A model generated the notes under the pieces. The model was not told the origin of the DNA. It ran no database searches and saw only the letters and a list, made by a program, of their open reading frames with translations. A program made the position numbers and the translations under genes. This document shows positions 36,023-45,908 of a stretch of DNA of 64,000 bases, piece after piece. The DNA comes from Candidatus Bathyarchaeia archaeon. GTDB taxonomy: Archaea; Thermoproteota; Bathyarchaeia; Bathyarchaeales; Bathycorpusculaceae. The stretch lies in assembly GCA_038883775.1 (NCBI GenBank), contig JAVZLM010000007.1, positions 90,589-154,588 on the forward strand, in the 5' to 3' direction. Each line of letters starts with the position of its first letter. The stretch's first letter is position 1.

Positions 36023-37513
36023 TTAGGCGTACTGGGTTATTTCAACCTTATGCTTATTTTGCCACTCTTTAATTGGCATTCCAAGTTTCTTCTCGATTTC
36101 TGGACGGTGAATGGAATTCATTGTGCAGAAGGGGATTATGCGCCCATCTGGAATTGCGTAGTGGATTACGCAGCGTTGGACTCTTTCTAAGTCAAAGTTG
36201 TAGGGGTCCATGAAGTGCATTGCAGAAAGCAGTATGGATTTTCTTTGCAAATTCCCCAAAGCTACGTAACTTCCTTCCTTTAACACGCCCCAAACATGTT
36301 TTCTTAGAAAACTAAATTTGATATGGCGTAAAGCTCCAACCAAGCGCAGTTTCGCCTTATTCTTGCTTCCTTTTGAAGCATCCTCGTAAACTTTCTGCAT
36401 TGTTTTAATAAAGTTATCCACGTTTCCATAATGGGTTATAGGAACAATTTCGCCATTTTCAACAAATATGTATGTTGCCATACCACAGTGGGGATGCGCA
36501 GTGAACTCCACATATCTTTTATCTTTTAATGCTCCAACAGCCTTGGAAACTGGCACAACTGTTGGCACTGGATAGAAATCCGACATTTTTATCTTACCAT
36601 TTGTTTGCTCTTCCACCAACCGCATAAAGTCTGGAATTGTTATTCGCATTTTCTCCCTTTCTGTCTGGGGAAGCCTTCCACAGAGGGAAACGGGCTGAAC
36701 ATTTATACAACGCACCACATCGAAATTTTGAACCGCAAAACGTATGATGTCGCCAAGTTGACTATCGTTTACGCCCTTGATTAATGTGACAACTAACACT
36801 ACGCTGTCAATTCCTGCCTTGCGACAATTTTCAATAGCCTTCGTTTTAATATCCAACAAGTCTATTCCGCGAATAAACCTGTAAACGTCAGATGTTAATC
36901 CGTCAAACTGCAAATAGACCGTGCTCATTCCAGCCTCTTTCAAGCCTCTGCAATAATCAACGCTTTGCGCAAGTCGAAGCCCATTCGTATTAACTTCCAC
37001 ATGGCGAAAACCAAGCTCCTTAGCCGTTCGAATAAGTTCGAAGAGGTCATTGCGAACGGTGGGTTCACCACCAGAAAACTGGAGAGCCGTAGCAGGAACA
37101 GGGTCATTTCTGCGCAGGTTTTCTAGCATCCCTCGAATTTCTTCTTTTGATGGTTCGTAAACGTATCCTGCAGCTGCAGCGTTAGCAAAACAAACTGGAC
37201 ATTTGAGGTTACATCGGTTTGTCACGTCGATTATCGCTAAGGCTGTGTGAGATTTGTGTTGAGGGCATATGCCACAGTCGTAGGGACAGTTGTGGACGGT
37301 TTTTGTTCTTGGATTGTTTAAGCCTTCGCCGTCGTATCTGAACTTTTCAACACGCAGATATTGCTCGTAATCAGACCAGTAAACTTCCTGGAAAAAGCCG
37401 TGCTGTGAGCATTCCTTTTTTATGTAAACTTTGCCGTCTTCTTCGAATATTGTAGCCTTCAACACTTTTAGGCATTCGGGGCATAAACTCTCTGTTTCTT
37501 TAATGACTTTCAT
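36023..37513 (-). CDS. tes: Radical SAM tetraether lipid synthase (Tes/MJ0619 family)
   Basis: SLCPEC..ECSQHG, CPYDCGICPQH, CNLKCPVC, HPHCG and RCVIHY..PDGRIIPFC motifs. Confidence 0.88.
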   Translation of the reverse strand: MKVIKETESLCPECLKVLKATIFEEDGKVYIKKECSQHGFFQEVYWSDYEQYLRVEKFRYDGEGLNNPRTKTVHNCPYDCGICPQHKSHTALAIIDVTNRCNLKCPVCFANAAAAGYVYEPSKEEIRGMLENLRRNDPVPATALQFSGGEPTVRNDLFELIRTAKELGFRHVEVNTNGLRLAQSVDYCRGLKEAGMSTVYLQFDGLTSDVYRFIRGIDLLDIKTKAIENCRKAGIDSVVLVVTLIKGVNDSQLGDIIRFAVQNFDVVRCINVQPVSLCGRLPQTEREKMRITIPDFMRLVEEQTNGKIKMSDFYPVPTVVPVSKAVGALKDKRYVEFTAHPHCGMATYIFVENGEIVPITHYGNVDNFIKTMQKVYEDASKGSKNKAKLRLVGALRHIKFSFLRKHVWGVLKEGSYVALGNLQRKSILLSAMHFMDPYNFDLERVQRCVIHYAIPDGRIIPFCTMNSIHRPEIEKKLGMPIKEWQNKHKVEITQYA

Positions 37514-37591
37514 GCGTGTTCACCAAGCTTTTAAGCAGTGTTTTGAAGATTTTGAGGAAGGATATAATAAGGTTTCCAAACTTTTCATAAG

Positions 37592-38365
37592 GTGATTGAG
37601 GGGTTTAGGTTGCCCATAACGGGAGAAAGTAAACAGGTTTTGCGAGAAATTGGATTAAATACTTACGAAGTTGACGCTTACCTTGCTCTATTAGAAGGTG
37701 GGCAGATGACAGCCATGGAAATAAGCATGAAAGCTAAAGTGCCCTACTCAAAAATCTATGAAGCTTTAAACTCTCTTAAAGAAAAGGGATGGATTAAAAG
37801 CGTAGAAAGCCGCCCAAACAAATACTATCCATTACCACCTCTCCAAGCATTAACAGCCACAAAAATTAGGCTAGAAGACAAATACAAAAATTGGGAACAA
37901 AAAATCGCAAGCGAATTGCAACCTTTGTATGAGAAAAGAGAACTTGTGGAACATCCAAATATACTCATCCTTCATGGCGAACAAGCAGTTATCGCCAAGC
38001 TTGAAGAAACCATAAGAAAAGCGGCAAAAGAAATAATGATAGCCGCACCAAAATTCGCAAAAAATACACTTGCATCAACAACTATTTCAATAGAGGCTTT
38101 ACAGAAAACTCGCTTAAACATCAAACTTATTGTGGTGGGAAAATCAGAAGAATGGAAGAACATTGAAAAGTTAAAGGGTATAGCCGAATTGCGGGTTAGG
38201 GATCAAATGTTTGGCGGCGGAATAATTGTGGATGGAAAAGAGGCTATGTTATTTTTAGGCGAGGAAAAACCAAGCTTAGTTATATGGAGCAACCATGTTG
38301 GTTTGGTGCAATTCGCAAGAGATTATTTCCAATTTCTCTGGGAATCTTCACAGAAAATCCATTAG
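37592..38365 (+). CDS. TrmB family transcriptional regulator
   Basis: GLNTYEVDAYLALL, VPYSKIYEALNSL.EKG and IIVDGKEAM motifs. Confidence 0.9.
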   Translation: MIEGFRLPITGESKQVLREIGLNTYEVDAYLALLEGGQMTAMEISMKAKVPYSKIYEALNSLKEKGWIKSVESRPNKYYPLPPLQALTATKIRLEDKYKNWEQKIASELQPLYEKRELVEHPNILILHGEQAVIAKLEETIRKAAKEIMIAAPKFAKNTLASTTISIEALQKTRLNIKLIVVGKSEEWKNIEKLKGIAELRVRDQMFGGGIIVDGKEAMLFLGEEKPSLVIWSNHVGLVQFARDYFQFLWESSQKIH

Positions 38366-38413
38366 AAAATAATTCAAAGTTTGAAAAAGAAAGGAGAAAC
38401 TTATAATAGAAGC

Positions 38414-38635
38414 TTATCTGCCCATAACCTTTTTTGCAGCAATTTCAATGTCTTCTGCCTTTATAGTTTTTCTTCCCGCATGCATAGCAAAATCTAAGGC
38501 TTCTTTGGCGATTTTCACGCCGATTTCTTCCAGCGCTTTAGCAAGTTCTTTGGCGGCTGCTTCGCTAACTCTGTCAGCTCCAGCCTTTTTGCATATTCTG
38601 TGCATTGGAGCCACAGCCAACTCTAAATCAGCCAT
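38414..38635 (-). CDS. Archaeal histone (HMf-like)
   Basis: [19 protein letters not shown]...[12 protein letters not shown]; ATG at 38635. Confidence 0.95.
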   Translation of the reverse strand: MADLELAVAPMHRICKKAGADRVSEAAAKELAKALEEIGVKIAKEALDFAMHAGRKTIKAEDIEIAAKKVMGR

Positions 38636-38793
38636 AAACACTCCTCCGTAGCCTCTTTTTCTATTAAAATCGATATTTAACGTTTATTGTTCTTTATTTT
38701 TCCAAACAAAGCAGTATGGAAGATTCTTTTATATAGAAAAAGAAATTTTAAAAGCAAAATTTAAACACTTTAAAGAAGCTGCAGGTTTCCCAA

Positions 38794-39573
38794 ATGAAGT
38801 TTGTTGACTCTCACATCCACCTTTCAGACGAGGAATATTCAGAACACATTGAAGATATCATAGTTGATGCTAAAAACTCAAATGTTGTTGCTTTGGTTTC
38901 CAACTCAATGGATTTAGAAACAAGCATTAGAAGCCTCAAGCTGGCTGAAAAATATCAAGGAATAGTATATGCAGCCTTGGGCATCCATCCATGGAATGTA
39001 AAGGATTTAACGGATGATGAACTTCAAAAAACTGTAAATTTGATTTGCGAACAAAGAAACAAAAAATGGTTAATTGCCATAGGAGAGATAGGTTTAGATT
39101 ACAAATACTCAAAAATATGGCATAAACAAGTTAAGGTTTTTAATGAAATGCTACGGTTAGCTGAAAAACTTGAGTTGCCAGTCATAATTCACTCCCGTGG
39201 CACGACATCACAAATTGTTGAGATGCTCCCGTCTTTCAAAATTAAGAAAGTTTTGCTCCATTGGTTCAGCAACCCCATAAGCTTACTAACAAAAATTGTG
39301 GAAAATGGGTATTACATCACTGAAGGCCCGCCCGCAGCTTACTCTAATGGCATACGCGAGGTAGTTAGAAAAATACCATTAACTAATTTGTTAACGGAAA
39401 CTGATGGGCCATTGCGCTATTTTAAGCAGCCTTTCAATGGACGAATAACAACGCCCGCCTTTATTCCAGCAGTGGTTAAGGCAATAGCGGAAATTAAAAA
39501 TTTAGAGGTAGAAAAAGTAGCTGAGCAGATACTGAAGAATTTTGAAAAATTTTTTGAAATAAAATTGAATTAA
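38794..39573 (+). CDS. tatD: TatD family nuclease
   Basis: DSHIHL, GIHPW, IGEIGLDY, IIHSR and LTETDGP motifs. Confidence 0.93.
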   Translation: MKFVDSHIHLSDEEYSEHIEDIIVDAKNSNVVALVSNSMDLETSIRSLKLAEKYQGIVYAALGIHPWNVKDLTDDELQKTVNLICEQRNKKWLIAIGEIGLDYKYSKIWHKQVKVFNEMLRLAEKLELPVIIHSRGTTSQIVEMLPSFKIKKVLLHWFSNPISLLTKIVENGYYITEGPPAAYSNGIREVVRKIPLTNLLTETDGPLRYFKQPFNGRITTPAFIPAVVKAIAEIKNLEVEKVAEQILKNFEKFFEIKLN

Positions 39574-39680
39574 AAAAGTTTGTTGAGAAAGGTTAAATTA
39601 TCCTTTTCTTTTATGAAGGGGTTACTTTAAAGCATATGTGCGTCGAGGATGGAACAGTTGTGCTTGGGGGAAACTGAAAA

Positions 39681-39902
39681 TTGGGAAATGTGCGAACAGA
39701 ACAGATTAAACGAGTAGCCAAAGAACTTATTCGACGCTTTCCCGACAAGTTCTCTAACAATTTTGAAAACAACAAACGCATGGTTGACATGCTAATAAGA
39801 GGAGCAACAACGAAGGTGAGAAATCAAATAGCAGGATACATAACTCATGCTTTCGCTGGAACCCAACCATCTTCATCAAACGAGACTCAAGAAGAAGCGT
39901 AA
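39681..39902 (+). CDS. rps17e: 30S ribosomal protein S17e
   Basis: MGNVRTEQIKR, FENNK and VRNQIAGYIT motifs. Confidence 0.96.
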   Translation: MGNVRTEQIKRVAKELIRRFPDKFSNNFENNKRMVDMLIRGATTKVRNQIAGYITHAFAGTQPSSSNETQEEA

Positions 39903-39950
39903 CCTTATAAAACACTTTTAATCCTTTTTAAGAAGCATAAAGAGAAGCGG

Positions 39951-40331
39951 ATGCAAATGATGGACGAATACAGAAGAGGATGGGCGCATCGATATTTACG
40001 AGAGGCAAAAGCAGAGCTGGAAGCCGCAAGGAAATTACCATACATGGCTCCAACTTTGGTGATAGAAGCAGTCAGAAAGGCTCGAAACGCCATTTATTAC
40101 AGCCTAGGAGAACCGGCATTCGTAGAAATTGTCATAAGAGAAGCTGCGGAAAAGACACATGCAATAAATGACCCAGTATTGAGATTTTTGGTGCAGATTG
40201 AAGAAATGGCTCAGCAACTTGTCCAAATAGGAGAAGTTAATGGAGAAATGGCTATGAAAAAGGCGGATAATTTAGTTCAATTAGCTTCGGATATAGTTGA
40301 AACGCTAACTGGAGAAAAAATAGAGGATTAA
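39951..40331 (+). CDS. Helical hypothetical protein (HEPN-like bundle?)
   Basis: All-helical, RYLREAKAELEAA; co-oriented with rps17e. Confidence 0.6.
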   Translation: MQMMDEYRRGWAHRYLREAKAELEAARKLPYMAPTLVIEAVRKARNAIYYSLGEPAFVEIVIREAAEKTHAINDPVLRFLVQIEEMAQQLVQIGEVNGEMAMKKADNLVQLASDIVETLTGEKIED

Positions 40332-40335
40332 AGAA

Positions 40336-41508
40336 TTATCGTTTTTCGAGAGCCTTGGATATACGGTCTAAAGCCTTTTTAATATTTTCAATAGAGTTGG
40401 CAAAGGACAAACGCAGATAGCCCTCACCATACTTTCCAAAGGATGTGCCTGGTAAAACAGCCACACCAGCTTCATTAAGTAGGTAGTCTCCAAGCTTGCG
40501 GCAGTCCATTCCTGTCCCTTTTATGTTTGGAAATACATAGAAGGCGCCGTGGGGTTTTTTGCACGTTATCCCCTTAATTTTGTTTAGACCAGAAACTATG
40601 ACTTCTCTTCTTTTTCTAAATTCAGCAACCATTTTTTCCACTTCATTTTGCGGACCCTTTAAGGCTTCGATGCCAGCCATTTGGATGAAAGTGCAAGTGC
40701 AAGAGTTGGAGTTGGTCATGAGTTGAGCGATTTTTTGGGCTAAGTCTTTTCGCATTACGCCATAGCCAAGCCTCCAACCTGTCATGGCATATGTTTTCGA
40801 GAAGCCATCCAGAATTATTGTTTTCTCCTTCATTCCCGGAAGCGAAGCGATGCTTTCATGTTCGCCCTCGTAGATTATTCTGCTATAAATTTCGTCTGAA
40901 AGCACGATGACATCGTCCCTATTTGAGATGCAATCGGCTATAACTTTCAAATCTTCTTTGGTTAAAACCCCACCCGTTGGATTTTCTGGAGAGTTTAAGA
41001 TAATCATTTTTGTTTTCTTTGTTATTTTCTTTTTTACATACTCGTGATCCATCCTAAAGTCATTTTCTTCCAAAAGCGGTATGGGTACTGGTTTGGCTCC
41101 AACAAAATTTATGACCGACTCGTAGATTGGAAAGCCTGGATTTGGATAAAGAACTTCTTCGCCAGAGTTTACGCATGCAAGTATGGCAAAAAACATTATT
41201 GGTTTAGCGCCTGGTGTTACCACAACCTCTTCATGTTCAACTTTTATTTTTCTCGTTTTAGAAATGTATTCGGCGATGGCTTCTCTTAACTCTGGGATTC
41301 CGGCTGATGGGACATAATGGGTGTAACCTGCATAGAGGGCTTTTACAGCAGCCTCTTTAATGTTCTTTGGCGTGTCAAAATCTGGCTCACCTATTTCCAA
41401 ATGCACAACATCTTTCCCTTGCCTTTCCAGCGCTTTTGCCTTTGCAAGCACCTCAAAGGCTGTCTCTGTTCCTAAGGTTTCCATTCTCTTAGCAAAGATA
41501 GAACCCAC
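40336..41508 (-). CDS. Class I/II PLP aminotransferase (AspC-like)
   Basis: IGEPDF, NSPENPTG, SDEIY and GFSKTYAMTGWRLG motifs. Confidence 0.95.
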   Translation of the reverse strand: MGSIFAKRMETLGTETAFEVLAKAKALERQGKDVVHLEIGEPDFDTPKNIKEAAVKALYAGYTHYVPSAGIPELREAIAEYISKTRKIKVEHEEVVVTPGAKPIMFFAILACVNSGEEVLYPNPGFPIYESVINFVGAKPVPIPLLEENDFRMDHEYVKKKITKKTKMIILNSPENPTGGVLTKEDLKVIADCISNRDDVIVLSDEIYSRIIYEGEHESIASLPGMKEKTIILDGFSKTYAMTGWRLGYGVMRKDLAQKIAQLMTNSNSCTCTFIQMAGIEALKGPQNEVEKMVAEFRKRREVIVSGLNKIKGITCKKPHGAFYVFPNIKGTGMDCRKLGDYLLNEAGVAVLPGTSFGKYGEGYLRLSFANSIENIKKALDRISKALEKR

Positions 41509-41592
41509 TTAAATCACCCATCGGAAAGGGAAAAGAAAGGTTAAAAACAAGGGGTATTTAACCATTGCAGTGAAATTGTTTGTAAATTTATG

Positions 41593-42594
41593 TTAAAATT
41601 GTTTTTGTAATGGTCTAATTTTCATTACTTCTGGATTGACAAGGTTTGGCGGTTTTTCGCCTTTAAAGAAGGCTACCAAATTTTCTGCAACCATCTCAGC
41701 CATCCTAGAGCGAGTTTCATAGCTTGCACTGGATATGTGAGGAGCAACAACCACATTGTCAAGTTTTAACAAAGGATTATCCACGGGTGTTGGTTCTTGT
41801 TCGAAAACGTCAAGGGCTGCGCCGGCAATTCTGCCTTCTTTCAGCGCTTTATACAATGCCTTTTCGTCCACGACTGGTCCACGAGAATTGTTTATTAAGT
41901 AAGCGGTTTTCTTCATAAGTTTAAGTTTCTCTTCGTTTATCAGGTGGTATGTCTCCTTCATTAGTGGAACATGGATGCTAACAAAGTCTGATTCCTTTAA
42001 AAGTGTATCCATGTCAACCGGTTTTGCGCCTAACTTTTCCATTTCTGGTCTTGGCACAACATCATAGAAGAGAATTTTCATATTGAAGCCTGTGGCTCTT
42101 TTTGCTACTGCAAAGCCGATTCTTCCAACGCCAATAATGCCTAATGTGGCGCCGTGAACGTCTCTGCCCTGCATCATCATGGGATGCCAACCAACCTTCC
42201 ATTGCCCACTGCGAACATACTTGTCTGCTTCAACAACCCTTCTAGCAACAGCCAACAACAATGCCCAAGCGAAATCCGCTGTTGTATCCGTTAGAACTTC
42301 TGGAGTGTTTGTTACGTATATGCCTCTTTTTGTGGCTTCTGGAATATCTATATTGTCAAAGCCTACAGCCATCTGTGCAACAATCTTTAGCTTTGGTGCA
42401 GCATCAAAAACTTCAGCATCTATTTTATCAGACAAAAGTGTGGCAAGAGCATCAACGTTTCTAGCCTTCTCTATAATCACTTTTTTGGGCGGTGGAGCAT
42501 ATTCTGGCCAAACTTCAGCGTCAAAATGTTCCTTAATTATTTTTAAGCCCCTTTCTGGAAGTTCGCGAGTAACATAAACTTTTGGTTTTGGCAT
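41593..42594 (-). CDS. gyaR: Glyoxylate/hydroxypyruvate reductase (D-2-hydroxyacid dehydrogenase)
   Basis: [35 protein letters not shown] and PHISSAS motifs. Confidence 0.9.
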   Translation of the reverse strand: MPKPKVYVTRELPERGLKIIKEHFDAEVWPEYAPPPKKVIIEKARNVDALATLLSDKIDAEVFDAAPKLKIVAQMAVGFDNIDIPEATKRGIYVTNTPEVLTDTTADFAWALLLAVARRVVEADKYVRSGQWKVGWHPMMMQGRDVHGATLGIIGVGRIGFAVAKRATGFNMKILFYDVVPRPEMEKLGAKPVDMDTLLKESDFVSIHVPLMKETYHLINEEKLKLMKKTAYLINNSRGPVVDEKALYKALKEGRIAGAALDVFEQEPTPVDNPLLKLDNVVVAPHISSASYETRSRMAEMVAENLVAFFKGEKPPNLVNPEVMKIRPLQKQF

Positions 42595-42691
42595 ATGGGG
42601 TTCACCGAGCAAAGATTTGTGGAATTCTTTATTAATATTAGCTTATTACAATTACGCAGTTAACCATAAAAATTCATGTTAGGGTAAACAA

Positions 42692-44068
42692 ATGATAAAA
42701 ATAAAGAATAAAGAAAAACTCGTAGAGAATGGCGAGACCCAACTTAACAAGAAAGCTAGAGAGTTAGCTCTAAAAAGCCTTGAATCCGCATTGAACGCTG
42801 CTGACCCAAAACAGATAATAAAATCAAAGGTTTTATTGAAAAACTCAACTCTCCACGTTGATAAATATGTTTTTGATTTGAAAAAGTTCGAGAATGTTTA
42901 TGTGGTGGGCGGTGGCAAAGCAAGCGGTTCCATGGCAGAAGCCTTAGAGCAAGTTTTAGGCCACTTAATAAAGAGGGGATTTGTTAACGTTCCCTATGGA
43001 AGCAAACACAAAACAAGCGTTATAGAGCTTCATGAAGCAAGCCACCCCATCCCGGATGAGTCAGGTGCGAAAGGAACTCGACAGATGCTTGAAATAGCAG
43101 AAAAAGCAGAAAAAGACGATTTAATCATTTGCTTAATTTCTGGTGGAGGCTCAAGCCTCATGCCCCTGCCCCGCGGCGGAATAACCATCACCGATAAAAT
43201 GGAAATAACAGATGCTTTGTTAAAATGTGGCGCAACAATAAACGAGATTAACACTGTCCGAAAACACATATCAGATTTTAAGGGAGGCTGGTTGACAAAG
43301 AAAGCTTATCCAGCCACAATCCTAAACCTTATTCTTTCAGATGTGGTCGGCGACCCACTAGATTTTATTGCTTCAGGCCCAACAGTTCCAGATTCTACAA
43401 CCTTCAGCGATGCCATAAAAGTTTTGAAAAAATATGGGTTGTGGGAAAGGGCTCCAGCATCAATTCGAAAGGTTCTGTTAGAAGGAGAGAGAGGCAAAAT
43501 TCCAGAAACGCCAAAAGTCAACGATGAAACGTTCAAGAAAGTCTTCAATGTGGTTATTGGAAATAATAGGCTTGCCAGCCAAACAGCCCAAAACAGCCTA
43601 AAATCAGAAGGATTAAACACGCTTTTGCTAACAGCAACCTTAGAGGGAGAAGCCAGACACGTTGGAACCATGCTCGCCTCAATAGCCCGCGAAGTTTCCG
43701 TTTCCGGAAATCCCATTCCAAAACCAGCTGGCATAATTGCTGGAGGAGAAACAACAGTAACCATAACAGGAAAAGGTAAAGGAGGAAGAAACCAAGAAAT
43801 AGCATTAGCAGCAGCAATAAAAATGAAGGACATGGATGGAGCGGTTCTGGCATCAATAAGCACTGATGGCATTGACGGCCCAACAGATGCTGCTGGAGCA
43901 ATTGCCGATGGAAAAACATTAGGTAGAGCAGCAGAGAAAGGGTTAACTCCAGAAGAGTTTCTCGCCGAAAATAACTCTTACAATTTCTTCTTAAAACTTG
44001 GAGACCTTATTTTTACGGGTCCAACTGGTACGAATGTAAATGACATTTCAGTAATTGTAGTGTTATAA
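42692..44068 (+). CDS. Glycerate 2-kinase (MOFRL family)
   Basis: GGGKAS, ASHPIPD, ISGGGSSL, SDVVGD, GGETTV, GGRNQE and TGTNVND motifs. Confidence 0.93.
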   Translation: MIKIKNKEKLVENGETQLNKKARELALKSLESALNAADPKQIIKSKVLLKNSTLHVDKYVFDLKKFENVYVVGGGKASGSMAEALEQVLGHLIKRGFVNVPYGSKHKTSVIELHEASHPIPDESGAKGTRQMLEIAEKAEKDDLIICLISGGGSSLMPLPRGGITITDKMEITDALLKCGATINEINTVRKHISDFKGGWLTKKAYPATILNLILSDVVGDPLDFIASGPTVPDSTTFSDAIKVLKKYGLWERAPASIRKVLLEGERGKIPETPKVNDETFKKVFNVVIGNNRLASQTAQNSLKSEGLNTLLLTATLEGEARHVGTMLASIAREVSVSGNPIPKPAGIIAGGETTVTITGKGKGGRNQEIALAAAIKMKDMDGAVLASISTDGIDGPTDAAGAIADGKTLGRAAEKGLTPEEFLAENNSYNFFLKLGDLIFTGPTGTNVNDISVIVVL

Positions 44069-44082
44069 GATAGGGGACAGTT

Positions 44083-44367
44083 ATGGTTGTAAATGTGAAT
44101 TTTATTGGTGCTTTCCGCACCCTATCGGGGAGAAACAAAATCGCCATCACAATTAAGGATACAATGCCGTTAAAGGAAGTTGTAAAGAAAACTGTTGAAA
44201 AGGTTCCAGCCCTTAAGCGGGCGCTTATTGACCCGGAGCTTGAAGATCCAAGACCTAATGCGTTAATACTTGTGAATGGAAAGGAAATTAGCGTTTTGAA
44301 TGGTTTGGAAACTTTGGTTAAGGATGGAGATGAAATTGTTCTTGTTCCAGTTATTCATGGAGGATAA
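44083..44367 (+). CDS. MoaD/ThiS/SAMP ubiquitin-like protein
   Basis: ILVNG, DGDEIVLVPVIHGG with a C-terminal GG. Confidence 0.92.
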   Translation: MVVNVNFIGAFRTLSGRNKIAITIKDTMPLKEVVKKTVEKVPALKRALIDPELEDPRPNALILVNGKEISVLNGLETLVKDGDEIVLVPVIHGG

Positions 44368-44372
44368 AGTGA

Positions 44373-45143
44373 TTGAAGCTTTATGCCGTCAAAACAAAGG
44401 TTATCTGTGTTGGCGACAATTTGGTTGATGTTATTCTTGATGCCTTGAAGGAACAAGGTTTAGAGCTTGAAGACAAAGACATAATAGCTTTAACCTCGAA
44501 AGTTGTTGCCTATGCAGAAAATCGCCTAATAAAACTGAGCGAAATTGAACCTTCAGAAAAAGCAGAAGAGTTGGCAAAACGTTTTTCGCTGCAACCAGCT
44601 TTCGCAGAACTAATTTTAAAAGAAGCGGACAGAATTTACGGAGGAGTCGCGAAGGCTGTTTTAACGCTTAAAAATGGAATTTTAACAGCAAACGCGGGAA
44701 TAGACAATAAAAATGCTCCTATGGATTATGCAATTCTATGGTCGTGCAACCCTCAAAAATGGGCAGGATACATAAGAGAGGAAATTAAAAGTAGGACTGG
44801 TAGGCGAGTGGGTGTTTTAATTGTTGATAGTGGTTTAGTGCCGCTTAGAAAGGGCACTGTGGGTTTGGCTTTGGCGGTGGCTGGTTTCAAACCAATAAAA
44901 GATAGAAGAGGAGAAAAGGACATTTATGGAAAACCAATAACCATCACACAACATGCTGTTGCTGACGATTTGGCTTCTGCAGCACATTTTCTAATGGGAG
45001 AAGCAGCAGAGAAAACTCCTTTGGTGATTATTAGGGGTGCCAATGTGGATTTTGATAATGGCGTTTACGATTCTGCAGATATGGCTATGCCCCAAAAAGA
45101 GTGCATTTTCATGGGCACTTTTCTTGCCGAACGGAAGAATTAG
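44373..45143 (+). CDS. cofE: Coenzyme F420-0:L-glutamate ligase family
   Basis: TSKVVAYAE, ANAGIDNKN, IVDS..PLRKG, ADDLASAA..MGEA.E motifs. Confidence 0.88.
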   Translation: MKLYAVKTKVICVGDNLVDVILDALKEQGLELEDKDIIALTSKVVAYAENRLIKLSEIEPSEKAEELAKRFSLQPAFAELILKEADRIYGGVAKAVLTLKNGILTANAGIDNKNAPMDYAILWSCNPQKWAGYIREEIKSRTGRRVGVLIVDSGLVPLRKGTVGLALAVAGFKPIKDRRGEKDIYGKPITITQHAVADDLASAAHFLMGEAAEKTPLVIIRGANVDFDNGVYDSADMAMPQKECIFMGTFLAERKN

Positions 45144-45861
45144 GAAGGAGCGTTAAAATTGCAGACCTTAGAATGTTATGCAGGGTTGTTCCAATAAGCG
45201 TTCCCATCAATGCGATAAGCACTCGTTCAACAGGATAAATGAAAGTTAAAAATTGCCACGTAGCCCTCCAAACATTCAAATCTGCCATAAAAATAGGCCA
45301 AGCAAGAACTTCGAAAACCAGGGAACCGGCAATTTGACCAGCCAAAGTTGATGTTAGAGAGGTTACGAAAAAAGCTTGAAAGAGTTTAGAAACGCTCTTT
45401 GAGTTAAAATTTTTGATGGCTTTGGATTGTAATGGCGAAATGAGGAGGAAAAAACCAACTATTTGAAACCACATTAAGGATGGATAAAGCCAAAAGGGAC
45501 CAACCAAAGGGTAAAAACCGAAAAGAAACAGTAACGAAAAGTAAGTAAAAGCGCAAAGACTTCGCTTTTGAAGATAAAGCATACCAGAACAAAAAGTTGT
45601 AACCACACCAGAAACTAAACTTGGCGGAGAAAAAGTGCCAGCAAAAAAGACGATGATTCCACCTAAAATTGTGGATAACACTCCCATGTATGGTCCAAGG
45701 ATTATGCCAATCACCGGAGCCATTATTGCAGCTACCGTTATGGTTTTGCCCGGCAAACCAATTATTGGAGAAATGGGTATGAAACCAAAAACTGTGTAAA
45801 GGGCTGTGAAACAAACGATTAAAGACGTGTTTTTTGTTGAAAGTTTTTTATTAATTACCAT
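45109..45861 (-). CDS. ECF transporter S-component-like membrane protein
   Basis: About 6-7 TM helices, APVIGIILGPYMG and YPVER motifs. Confidence 0.65.
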   Translation of the reverse strand: MVINKKLSTKNTSLIVCFTALYTVFGFIPISPIIGLPGKTITVAAIMAPVIGIILGPYMGVLSTILGGIIVFFAGTFSPPSLVSGVVTTFCSGMLYLQKRSLCAFTYFSLLFLFGFYPLVGPFWLYPSLMWFQIVGFFLLISPLQSKAIKNFNSKSVSKLFQAFFVTSLTSTLAGQIAGSLVFEVLAWPIFMADLNVWRATWQFLTFIYPVERVLIALMGTLIGTTLHNILRSAILTLLPNSSVRQEKCP

Positions 45862-45908
45862 TTTTAGGCTTCCTTGGCTTTGGAAAGGTAATTATTTTGT
45901 AACTGTTA

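Noticed and set aside
39951-40331. HEPN toxin of a toxin-antitoxin pair
   Set aside because: No RxxxxH motif and no adjacent nucleotidyltransferase gene.
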